A program made the position numbers and the translations under genes. Below, piece after piece: positions 14,501 to 26,093 of a stretch of DNA of 64,000 bases. This DNA comes from Haliotis rubra. Taxonomy: Eukaryota. The DNA is taken from contig NW_025765403.1 in assembly GCF_003918875.1 (NCBI RefSeq), forward strand, positions 1,736,001 to 1,800,000. Direction: 5' to 3'. The stretch's first letter is position 1. Every line of letters begins with the position of its first letter. The notes below the pieces were generated by a model. The model was not told where the DNA came from. It saw nothing but the letters and a program-made list of their open reading frames with translations, and did no database searches.

Positions 14501-16341
14501 AGAAGCTTAATGGTCTAAACAACGCGGCCCCGACCCATACGTTCATGGTGACTCCTGTAAGGATCAACATACTTCCCCGGACACCATATTCATCCAGTAG
14601 AAACCGAACGAGAGGTGGAAACACGCTCCCCCCAATACTCATTCCAGACATAGCAATTGATGTAGCAATGCCTCTTCTCTTCTTGAAGTACTTTCCAATT
14701 AGTACCAATGCTGGACCATGAATCATGGAGTGACCAATTCCTGAAAGTAAATAAGCATAAATCATTGTTTACAACTTTGCGTATTTTTAAAAGGTAATCT
14801 GAACCCGTCGAAAGTAAAGCAAATAAAAGCAAACAAAACCCCAAAAAATCAGTGAGTTGACTGCAGTTATGACATACATAGAGATTATTACATGAGCAAG
14901 TGTGTCATACGACTTATACGAAACGAGTGTGAAATTTTTCAATTTACAATTTTGCATGAGTTTGCATGAGTTTTGCACGTTCAATTGTTTAAGTGACGTC
15001 ACAGACGACGAAATAGAGAAACAATGGTTGCTAGGCAAAAGTGATATGTGCACATGTGCACATATGATATATATGACACTGGTTATGTTTCACCATATGG
15101 AATTCTGCTATAGTAAGCAATAGCTCTATCTTGTTTTCTTATTATTAATGTCTTGAGGTATTGTGTATACGCACCAATGATAATACTATGGGTACAAATG
15201 AGGTACGTAATACTGGTGGCGAAAACTCCTGTTAACATTCCTACAACAGATATGGTTCCACCAAGAAGTACCGTTTTCCTCTCTCCAAGCTGTTGTAGAA
15301 TTACGTTCATCGAAAAGAGAGCTGTAAGCATAAAGAAAAATCAAGTGTTAGAAAAGAGCAAAAGTGAGTGGGTTTTTGGTTTAACACCGCTATTAGCAAT
15401 ATTACAGCAATATCACGGCGGATGACACCAGAAATGGGCTTCACACATTGTACCCATGTGGGGAATGGAACACGGTTACACTGTATAAATATGATTTTAC
15501 CCTCCTTTAAGGGTTAAACATGTATCAATTATTCATAAAACGCGAGAGATCGACAAAAGTATTAATTTTGTGCCAATAGCAATGATGTTCAGAATGATTA
15601 GGATGGATATATTAGTCATAATACTAACATCATACTTTATACATGTGCATATATAGTGTTTAATGCTCACATGAAATACTGAACGTTCCCGCCATCACGC
15701 CCATAAACAAGGTTGTCTTTGCAGCAGTTGCCTCGAATTCTTCCAAATAGGCCACAAAGAATATGGCTATTGCCCGGCCATATCCAACCATTATAATAAC
15801 ATTCAGAAAACTCCCTGGAATGAGACAAGAAGCCACCAAATTAGGTTAAAACACAACGAGGTTTCAATGGTTCCGTGATTACTTTATCGTATACTCGCAC
15901 AAACAGTTCTGCATCTCTTGTATGAATGCAAAAACCAAATAAGTTAAACAAACAACGAGGTGTCAATGGTTCCATGATTACTTTATCGTATACTCCCATG
16001 ACCATCTTTGGATCTCTTCCATGGATGCACAAATTGAATGTTGGAAACATTTAGAATTGCTCACCTGCTAACACTACCCAAGCCCATCCTCGATCGATAG
16101 GTAGACCATCATCCTCTTCCTCTGGCTGATTGTCATCCGGTAACTGCCCATCATCACAATCATGCAACGAATTCTTCTTCACCCCTTCTCCAGCGCCAGT
16201 CTCCTTTCCTGACAAGCTCTCTTCCGCATCAACATCCTCTCCCGTATTGGACGGTTTGCCGTTGGCTATGTTAGTTGTCATAAATATATTTTCGCCTCTT
16301 TCAGCTTCGTCCTCTTGACACGTCTTTGAATCTTGTGTCAT
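11560..16341 (-). CDS. SLC16/monocarboxylate transporter-like MFS gene, paralogue B (~618 aa; exons 16341-16065, 15814-15671, 15321-15175, 14740-13631, 11738-11560)
   Basis: All introns are GT-AG phase 1 and the frame is continuous to TAA at 11560. Motifs: PIDRGWAW, YFKKRRGIATSIAMSG, LFRP, the TM8 D-x3-R pair (DFFSR) and G.IRD.T.SY in the last exon. Confidence 0.93.
11833..11997 (+). mobile_element. SINE-like family B copy (starts GACCCGTGAAGATCC), 3' end lost
   Basis: Matches the family consensus seen at 46102-46374. Confidence 0.85.
11998..12775 (-). mobile_element. Two adjacent decayed 3'-UTR fragments of the I/Nimb-like LINE
   Basis: Reverse complement of 47300-47730: CAACTGAAGGTAGATCGCCAT...CATGGACCCTAGCTGGA occurs twice (~12210-12290 and ~12700-12770). 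Confidence 0.7.
13340..13502 (-). mobile_element. SINE-like family B partial copy
   Basis: Reverse-complement match to the family B body and tail (CCAGCTATATGGCG.CGGTCTGTAAAT...ACCACCCGATCCC). Confidence 0.8.
15363..15475 (-). mobile_element. tRNA-derived SINE family A, partial
   Basis: Reverse complement of GGTTC.ATTCCCCACATGGGTACAATGTGTGAAGCCCATTTCTGG... Confidence 0.8.
15846..16048. repeat. ~99-bp tandem duplication filling intron 1 of MCT paralogue B
   Basis: CAACGAGGT.TCAATGGTTCC.TGATTACTTTATCGTATACTC occurs at 15854 and 15953. Confidence 0.85.
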
Positions 16342-16507
16342 TTTATCCGTTAGTGGCAGCACATCCGACCTACACGATTTAAAGAAATTTAATTTGTACA
16401 ATACCAATATGACATTTCCCTAGAAAGTAAAATGCAGCTGCTCTAACTGTCCTCTGAATGCTGTTTGTAGTCGCAAACAACATGCCATTTTAAACATTTT
16501 TATCAAG

Positions 16508-16730
16508 GTTGGTTGGTTGTTGAACGCCGCACACAGCAATATTTCAGCTATATGACGGCGGTCTGTAAATCATCGAGTCTTGACTGGACAATCCGTTGAT
16601 CAACAGCGTGAGCATCGATCTATGTAATTGGGATACCATAACATGTGTCAGCGAGTCTGACCACCCGATCCCGTTAGTCGCCTCTTACAACAAGCATGGG
16701 TTACTGAAGACCGATCATAACACGGATCCT
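16508..16730 (-). mobile_element. SINE-like family B copy
   Basis: Reverse-complement match to the family B consensus with a (CAAC)n tail. Confidence 0.85.
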
Positions 16731-18261
16731 TACTTGTACATTTATCATGCAGACAGTTTGACTATAGACTGAGGAGAACAATGACCAACTTCACCAGGGC
16801 ACTATGATAGGCTATCAACAAAGTTTCGGGTTTTACAGTAGTAACCGAGGTACTTCGACCTATTATGATCAGAATCAACAGAAATCCTAACAAGTAATCG
16901 CATGTAATATAAATCCCATTGTATTGTATGACATTGTGCTCCATTATGAGCAAGGCCTAAGCCGACCACATGTGCTACATGTCGTTAAGTGTGGTACAGG
17001 ACCGAAGCCTTAGAAACTGGAAGGATCAAGCAAGCCGGCCCACAATGTGTCATTGAGCTTTCCATTCATGAAGGTAATATGACCACCCGATCCGTAACCG
17101 GTATACTGAGCACATTATCACATACCACCACAAATCATGAAGGTAACGCGAGCCTGACCACCCGATCCCTAGCAAAACAAACGTCACATACAACGCATAC
17201 CCGACTCCTCGACATAATATTGTAGAAACGTATTAAACACACATACACATTATTTTACTGATCTAGACGCATGTCTGCAGTGACGGACGGTCACACTGTC
17301 GTTACACTTCTTATCTCAAAGCTTATTACACACGCGTGGTATATGCGGATAGCCCTGTATCAGGGTCAGGGAATGAAAGAAACCATGACAGATCGGGGTC
17401 GCTAGACCGGATATATCCGTGGTAGTAACATGACCAGATTACTGAACAAGAGATATGGTTAGGTGAAGGTGGTGATCAGTTGTGTGTTATTAAGATTTAT
17501 CGTAATGACAGAGAACATTTTGAGAGTATCACATACCATTACTCCTTGAATACTGCTCGCAGGACTTGCTCACGACAATAATGGCATGCACCGTTATCTT
17601 CAATTATATGAGAAGGTACGCGAATGAAAACCTATTTATAAAATGTACATACACAATTACTATTTAAATTTTGCATATAGTACTGGTGTGGCCTTATGAC
17701 AAAGGCTAGATTTCTACTATCAAATTAATTAATATCAAATTAATTTTTACTATTAGATTAATTAGGTCCCAGAATCCAAACAGGGTTTATCCTAACAGAC
17801 ACAAGAGGCAATTATGGTCCTGTTTACGGCCATACGTGATAAAAACCTACCTGGAGTAGCACGAATCTCACCTGTATATACGTACTTGCTCAAAATATGG
17901 TCTTTGTCCCTGCACGCCTTCACTGCTATTTATCGGCAACTCGTTTGACCTAGTTTCTCAAAACGTTTTGATATTTCGTCAGAAAATATCCTAGTAGCGA
18001 AAGCACACGCAATTTCAAACATCGGACTGAAATGAGCAAAACCTATGTAGTGGCCAAGTACTGTCATTGTATATGATCATGTTCTGGTATCCAATAAGTA
18101 GAACTATTTGTGTGCAGCATTTACCCCCACAACAAAGCCCATGCAACTGCTTGTGGCTGCTTATTATAGTAAGATGTTATGACGTTTTCTATTCCTCAGG
18201 CAAGAAAATAGGAGAGGTTATTGGGAGTTACGTTAATGCATTTAGATTGAAACGTTGTTGA

Positions 18262-18404
18262 AGTGAATGAGTATGGTTGACTTACGCCGCTTTAAGCAAT
18301 ATTCCACCAGTGTCACTTTGGGGGACTCCATAACTGGGCTTCACACACTGGGGGATCGGCGTGACGGGGAACGCTTTAACCACTAAGGCTACCCCAACGC
18401 CCCA
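18262..18404 (-). mobile_element. tRNA-derived SINE family A
   Basis: Reverse complement of the GGGCG.TGGGGTAGCCT.AGTGGTTAAAGCG A-box head and GCTGGAATATTGCT tail. Confidence 0.75.
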
Positions 18405-19289
18405 ATGAAGTGGAAGTAAAAATAACACATTTATCAAGATAATGAGAATCATCATACCTTTACACAGAAACTATCCGTCATCGGTCAGGTAGAATTAAGA
18501 AAAACTGTAGTGTCATCGATGTCGTCACTGTCGATGTAATTCGCTGAGTCATGCTGTGCCCTGCGGTAGGTTTATCTCAATTACCAGTTTCACCGAGTTA
18601 TTCCCTTTGGCAAAATAGGCTCTTTCAATTCTCAAGTTTACACAAACTTGCCTTTTCACAACGATGATATTTATGTACCGACAGTTCTCGAGCCTTAGTT
18701 GCTATTTCTCGCCTCCTTGTCAGACATATAGTCGTTCACTAAGTTTTAAGTTCACTTGTTTTATCCTATTATTGCAAAGAGCCAGGTGGATGACAAGGGT
18801 TGTTTTTTGTAACATCTTTTGGTGTGACGCAGCAATGGGATGATGCATGTTGTTTCCCGGCAGACTCTATTCCAGTGGTACAACAGTTGACGGCCCTATC
18901 GTTATTAATAACCGGGTTCTCAGGTAGACTAGAGGTTAAACGCTCGTCACGCTGAAGATGTGACTTTCTATAGCCTACGTGGGTGCAAGGTGTTAAGCCC
19001 TTTTTGGTGTTCTCGCCTCGATTTTGCTGAAAACATCGCTAAACCCTAGTACCTCTGTACTATTCAGAACGCTGATGTTTTCGTCAAAGACATGCAAACA
19101 TTTACGAGAAACCTGTTTGTCAGTTTGTCATCAAACGAATGCCTTGCTGGCTGTCCAACAATGTCAAGTAACAGGTCAAGGTTTACGGAACAGCTCCTCT
19201 GCTCCTCCTCTTATCTAATCTCGATAGGCAGAGGTAGGCTGACATAAATCTCCGACTCATAAGACTGTGTTGTCCTACACCGTGCTGGG

Positions 19290-19471
19290 CGGTTTGTTTG
19301 TTTTGTTTGTTGTTAACAGTGACCAACGTCATCAGCATCGATCTACGCAACTCCGATACGATGGAACGTGTCAACCAAGTCTGCGATCCTAAAACAAACT
19401 ATTCCGTTAGTCGCCCATTGCGACAAACATGGGTTACTGAAGATCAATTCTAACCCGGATTTTCACGGGTC
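19290..19471 (-). mobile_element. SINE-like family B copy (internal deletion)
   Basis: Ends ...CCCGGATTTTCACGGGTC, the reverse complement of the family B 5' end. Confidence 0.8.
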
Positions 19472-22400
19472 ACATACAGGAAATATCATAAAAAAGCTAT
19501 ACCGAGAATATGTTGTGTGTATATGTTGTGTGAAATATGATGTATCCGTCATCTCGCGACGTAAAACTATCACGTTTGTCACGTGACGAGATGACAGATA
19601 CATACTATTCTCGCTGTACACCTGGCACATGTTTTATCATAATCTTTTGACAAAGACGTCGTGCAAGATAAAAGTAATAAATCATTAGCGTGTTATCGGT
19701 TAATCCTTTCATCTGTGTTTGGTTTTTTAACTCAGCTGATAATTCATTTTGCTGCACCTCCGTGCATATATTACATAACATGTAGTACATAAGACCTTAC
19801 TTTATAATGTTGAATATTTAGTGTACACGTGAGAAATGCTAAATGGGAATCTTTGTCGGGTAATCTGAGTGATGTTACCACTAATTATACCTGTTATAAA
19901 TTCACTAAATGACCATCAAGTGAATGATGACAAATAAACGGGTGTAGGTTTATATCACCAAACACGGCTACAGCAAGGGAGTAGTAATCGTTGTATTGCA
20001 TGCAATTTTAATTGCCCACACAATCTTATGGAACTTCGCTGTGTGGTTTTAATATAATAGGTCATCAAACATCACATTGTTTCTTGATACGATTAAATAT
20101 CGAGGTAAAAACACAGAAATAGGATCAAATTGGATCGGTCATATACGATCAACGCATCTGAAAATCTGAAAAAAAGCTTACACTGCTGGAGTTTCCGTCA
20201 GACCACGTACTAAAATTGTTGTCCCGAAACCGGAAGCGCTTGATTTGGAATGAATGAGGCCCCGCGAGATGTGACGGACATTGTAAAAACAACCAATTTA
20301 CATAAACACATATTGCAGTTATCAGTGTTTTTCTAAACTTGTGAAGGGTAAGCAGACTATTGGCATGTTTACAATAGAATTGAAAAAAAACACACTAATT
20401 GAGTACCCATAAGTCTTTGTTTGAAATGCCGCCATCTTTGTTCAAACGTACACGCGCGAGATTGGAAAAAACTGTTTTGAAGTAAGTCTATGAGAGTAAG
20501 GTAGTGGAAATGGCAGTCTGTATACTTGCTATAGTTTTCTTGACACATGGCAACATACTTGACAATCGAAGCTTTGGAAACAAGGATCCGGGAACTTGAG
20601 CGATCTCAACGGAAACCCAGGACAGAGAAATTAGCAGCACCCCGCCCTTGTCAGGTAGGTTTCAGATGAAATGTATTATGTTCTTCTTATCATAGCAGTC
20701 AGTTTGCATCGAATTAAACGTTTTCGATAGGAACCTTTATCTTACAGTAACGGTGCGCTCGCATTTCGATTTCTCTCACGGTTATTAATGTGGACATTGC
20801 ATTTTGGTGTGAAATCTGTTAAATAACAACATTATTGTTGATACCAGCTTAGCATTCCGTTAAGATATAACCATAAGACAAGAATATATATGTGTTCCTG
20901 TACGTTGAGTCTGATATTTATATAACTTGATTTTCTGCGGCAGCCCATTTTGTTGCTGGGCACAACCAACACCATAACCAAATATTTATTGTTCAGTCAT
21001 GTTTCTGAGTGTTATTTTGTCTCAGTATTATTCTTTTCTTGTCGGACTATTTCAATTATGTATCCAGCTATATTGAAACCGTGTACTGGAGCGGCGTTTA
21101 TATAAGCCACTTGGCTTGTTCGCCTTTTCAGGTTATTGACGGAATAAAAATATATTTAAAAATTTGTTATATGCAGCAAGGCAACAGATATAGATGAAAC
21201 AAGTAGTTCATGATATTTCAGTGGAAAATATTACCAATCGACAGATGTTCATACTCCAAATGTGTGTCTGTTTTTGTTTTAGGCTATTAATTGTGAGAAG
21301 AATCATGGAAAAGTTCGTGGAGTCCCTTGAAAATCCATTAAAAGTTTCTTATTTATAAGGTGAAATAACTTACCCCAAATTGTATTATTGCTCGGCATCA
21401 TAATCAATATATATGTTGGGTTTTATAACATTAGAGACGTCATTAATGCAAGCTAAAATTAAAATTGCCATCAACTCGTTTCTTGTTCACAATTGGGTAA
21501 ATCTAGCATCTTATAATTATTTCATTGTCAGTTATCTAGTACTAGTAGTAGAATTGACATAGCATACCATTATGTAGTGCATAATTGCTACATAATCATG
21601 TTGATCATGTTAATAGAAAACTTCTCACACCCTCCCAGTAATGCATATACCACAATTACTTATTACTTGGTTTGATACATGGTGAATATGATAATAATCA
21701 AAATAATGAATGTTTGTCGGATTGTAATAATCTATTATTGGACGAATGAAAATTAACTTATTTGCTTTTCTTAATAGAAACCTTTTGGATAATCTGGAGG
21801 AGCAAGATGGACGATCGACGTCGGCAGATTCGAGGAAAGGAAGAAAAACACAGGAAAGATGCTAAAAGAAACAAAAGAATCCGATCTGTAAGTTCCTGAA
21901 ACTGGATTACCGGTATATAATATCATTTGTACCGGTTTATAGACTTCCTGACACCAGTTTAAAACATCCTGAGTCACTTAACTGACATGATGTGCTTCAT
22001 ATTATCACATCGCTATATACCTGTAATCATGTCATTACCCATCACCGTAATGTGCCATTATCTAATTAGAACAAGTGCGGCTCTCAAGAATAAATGTTGG
22101 ACATAACTTTCGCAATGCAAGAATTTCATTTTTCCCCCAGAAACGCCAACAGCGCCTGAAAAGAATCTAGCTACTATTAACTGGACAGAGAAAAGAACAC
22201 AGAAGGTGGCTGCAGTCCTAACCCCAGAAATGCCATCGCCAGTGGTGTCTGGCGCTCCAGAGGTAAACATGAAGAACTTGCGACACCATCCGACAATATG
22301 CTTTCCAACAACCTAAAGGTCTTCCACCCTGGTCATTGAGAATATGATTCATGTTAGTTAGGTATAGGATGGAATGTCTAAATGTACAATCAATTAACTC

Positions 22401-22610
22401 CTTATTCACCCTGTTTAGGAAAAAAACAACTAAATTTGTTGTTTCTGAGACTAAGATTAAAATGACATTAATGTCCCTCATATTAAAAAAATGCACAACT
22501 CCCTCTCTCTCTCTCTCTGTAGGACCCCAGATGTACACCTGGTCGTCTAGGTAACATACATGGTGTCATGTAAGCAGCTGGACAGTTCAAAAACAGATAG
22601 GACCTAATAG

Positions 22611-22760
22611 NNNNNNNNNNNNNNNNNNNNNNNNNNNNNNNNNNNNNNNNNNNNNNNNNNNNNNNNNNNNNNNNNNNNNNNNNNNNNNNNNNNNNNNNNN
22701 NNNNNNNNNNNNNNNNNNNNNNNNNNNNNNNNNNNNNNNNNNNNNNNNNNNNNNNNNNNN
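22611..22760. other. Assembly gap (150 N)
   Basis: Run of N. Confidence 1.
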
Positions 22761-23239
22761 TTTAGTGTGCATTCCTCTCTGAATAAGGAGAAATCAACTG
22801 ACGGGATTTTGTGAATGTGACAATGTTTAATTGTAACATTGAAACATAGACATGATATGTTTATGATGAATAAAGAGAAATCGACTGACTTACTGATTTT
22901 GTATTTATTTATTTCTATGTCCATGTGGTGTTGAGGTAACTGTAGTTGAAATGAGTTTATTTTATATTTGAATGTATTGTGAATAACATATATGTCATAA
23001 TACATTCAAATATATAATACACTCATTTCAACTACAGTTAATATAGTTGAATAATCATAATTTAATATGGACATGTGGTAATCCCTGAATACTAATGATT
23101 GAAACCAAATGAATCCATACAGACTCTGATTTACTGAAACGTATGGAACATGGTTAATGTGATTAATAGAAACGAAAATCAAAGGGAAACATAATTGAAC
23201 TAAGTAAATAAATGAAACCATCTGAAAGTAGAGGATAAG

Positions 23240-23490
23240 GGAAACCCAATGGAACCTCATAGGAATTTGCGTAACGGAAACTCACTGGGGCCACACAGGA
23301 ATCTGGGTAACGGAAACGCACTGGAGCCCTACAGGAAACCCGGTAACGGAACACACTGGAGCCTTACTGGAAACTGGATAACGGAAACGCACTGGAGCCA
23401 TACTGGAAACTGGGTAACGGAAACGCACTGGAGCCATACTGGAAACTGGGTAACGGAAACGGACTGGAGCCATACTGGAAACTGGGTAAT
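23240..23490. repeat. 33-bp tandem repeat (~7 copies), GGAAACTGGGTAACGGAAACGCACTGGAGCCATACT-like
   Basis: Periodicity is directly visible. Each unit has two GGAAAC motifs, and the array lies next to the CACAG terminus. Confidence 0.9.
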
Positions 23491-24551
23491 TTGTAAGTTT
23501 CCGCTTTCCGGAAACTTGAAGGAAATGTAGAGAAACAGTCCGGAAACATAATTGAAACTTAAGTTTCCATTTGGTCCGGAAACCAAGTTATTTTTGCTGT
23601 GCATAAACTAGCCTGGTGACCTCTAACTGACATGATCTCTCAAAAGGTAATGGATGGCCCAAAGAAACACGAGGAACAATCTCGCCGATGCAGGCGATCA
23701 AATGAAACAATCAAAATCTTCTATATCACAACATCCATTCCCAATACATGGCATGCACGTGATGTACTTATTAATTGACTAAGAGGCAAAGAGAACAGTC
23801 TGAATAATACTGCTATCCACAATACTGTTCAACAAAAACAAGGAATGTTTTGCACTAGTTTTTATTGAAACTTCAACATAAAATATAGCAGGAAAATGTC
23901 ACTGCTTCACACATACTTCCATTTTTTGTTTATTTCAAATTGAACAATATTTATAGGATAAACATTGGATCAACGAAATCTAAATTATCCTAATGTACAT
24001 CTAACGATACTTTAGGCCGTAGGGTAACAGTAAAAGAAAATCAACAAAGATGGCACGCCGAGTAAAAGAGAGAAGAAAAAGCAATCAACCATTTATAATG
24101 TCGATAAGTATAAATACAAGTCATGGCCGATGCAATTCGAGTTAAATATTATCAGCTGTAAATAAAATATCATTTTCAAACTCGTGCCTCAAATGTCCTG
24201 AACAGAGGTAAACTCGCACGAAGCAAGGCGTGGTTTCGACACAGTATAGCAAGGGGCAGGTACTCAGGGTTTCACTCCCTCAGTAATGTACACTAAGGGA
24301 ATCGGCGTCAGCTGATGTCTTAGGTGGAGATTGGTCATCTGATGTCCATGCTTGCTGAACAAATACATTAATGAATGGCATATATTTCAATTGCCATTTA
24401 TCGTGATACTTGGCAAAGGACATTGTTGAACTGCAATGATCATATCTATCTTAAAAAGGGCCAGAAAGCCCACTTTATCCATACTTTAGTTAGAAAATAT
24501 TAAGCGTACGATTGTATGATGATTTGGTCTGTTTTGACTGATGTTCCAGTT

Positions 24552-24813
24552 GTGAGTGAGTGAGTGAGTGAGTAAGTGAGTTTAGTTTTACGCCGCACTC
24601 ATCAATATTCCAGCTATATGGCGGCGGTCTGTACATAATCGAGTCTGGACCAGACAATCCACTCATCAACAGCATGAGCATCGATCTGCGCAACTGGGAA
24701 CCGATGACATGTGTCAACCAAACCAGGGAGCCTGACCACCAGATCCCGTTAGTCGCCTATTACCACAAGCAAGAGATACTGAAGGCTCATTCTAACCCGG
24801 ACTTTTACGGGTA
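24552..24813 (-). mobile_element. SINE-like family B, full length, (ACTC)n tail
   Basis: Reverse-complement match over the entire consensus. Confidence 0.9.
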
Positions 24814-24814
24814 G

Positions 24815-24950
24815 AGTGAGTGAGTATGGTCTTACGCAACTTTTAGCAATATTCCAGCGCCATCAAGGCGGGTGAGACCAGAAATGTCCTTCACAGATTG
24901 TGCCAATGTGGGAATCGAACCGGGTCTTCGGCGTGACAAGCGAACACTTT
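24815..24950 (-). mobile_element. tRNA-derived SINE family A, adjacent in tandem to a family B copy
   Basis: Reverse complement of the B-box GGTTCGATTCCC and the shared tail. Confidence 0.8.
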
Positions 24951-25584
24951 TAGTTTTATGCCGCTTGTGCCACATACCCAGAGTATCACTTCAGGCACTT
25001 CGGTTCAAGTCAACCTGTTGTGTAGGGTTGTGTCCATTAAGAATAGTGCTACACCATACTCCCAGGTAATCAGAATCAAAGTGTATTCATTGTACAAAGA
25101 TTTATTACACATGGATATATATAATGCTGACGACACAAGGAATACTATGATGGTAACATCAGTGAACAAAGTTGACGTATGGTGTTCTAATTTACATCTG
25201 ATTAATATGCATTCTTATCTAATCTTTACAAAAACTAATGTAATGTAATAAAAACACTTTCATTCAGATTTATGACATATGGCAAATTATTACTTTGCAG
25301 AGAAAGACGCGTTTGCAATCATCATCATTTTTTTCTGAAAGTTCGAATTTGAAAGTTGGGATAGATAAACTCGTCAAATGATTAGTGCTGTGCGTTAATT
25401 ACGCAAAGTTGAATGACCTGTATGGCCAAAACTTGGGATTCTTAAGAAATGATACTTATAAAACAAATTCAATCCAATTCACAGTCTATATCACATCGTA
25501 AATAGATTGCAATAATTTGCTGTCTATGGTCAAGTGGCAAACGTATTCTGAATGTGAAGTGCAATCGTGACGTTAATGTTATAC

Positions 25585-25737
25585 GAGTGAGTGAGTGAGT
25601 ATTGTTTTACGCAACTTTTAGCAATATTCCATGACGGGGGAGACCATCAATGGGCTTCAAGGATTGTGCCCATGTGGAAATCGAACCCGGGTCTTCTGCG
25701 TTACGAGCGAACACTTTTACCACATGGCGACCCCCAA
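25585..25737 (-). mobile_element. tRNA-derived SINE family A
   Basis: Reverse-complement A/B boxes and a (GAGT)n tail. Confidence 0.8.
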
Positions 25738-25855
25738 ACTGTCACATGACACTGGCAGCTAATGCATAAAAATATATATTGTTGATGTGCGATCACAAAC
25801 CCGCTTTCATTAAGTAAGGGCATGTCTATGCTGAAGAGAATATCTAAAACCAACT

Positions 25856-26040
25856 GAGTGAGTGAGTTAATATTTAAAGTCACATAGGCAATATTTCAAC
25901 CATATCGTGACCAAACAACTTATAGATTTATAATAATTAAAGGTAATTTTAAAAAGTTGTAAAACGAAGGACAGTAAAACAAGTAAATTATCACAGTTAT
26001 AAATATAAAACAAGTAATTCGTATAAACTGAAGATCGCCG
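25856..26040 (-). mobile_element. 3' tail fragment of the I/Nimb-like LINE
   Basis: Reverse complement of the 47570-47735 tail. Confidence 0.65.
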
Positions 26041-26093
26041 GATGTTACAATATGAACAACTCCAATATGTACAACTTGTGAATCAAACTAATT

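Larger units (their letters stand above)
20180..23601. mobile_element. EnSpm/CACTA-like DNA transposon relic (right terminus at 23601; left boundary uncertain) with a decayed spliced accessory ORF on +
   Basis: The right end reads CACAGCAAAAATAACTTGGTTTCC on the minus strand, preceded by many GGAAAC subterminal repeats. Plus-strand exon-like pieces at 20547-20654, 21778-21887 and 22141-22330 encode basic coiled-coil peptides. Confidence 0.55.

Noticed and set aside
23240-23490. CRISPR-like array or repeat-protein ORFs
   Set aside because: The units are contiguous tandem repeats with no unique spacers, the context is eukaryotic, and there are no cas genes. Better explained as transposon subterminal repeats.
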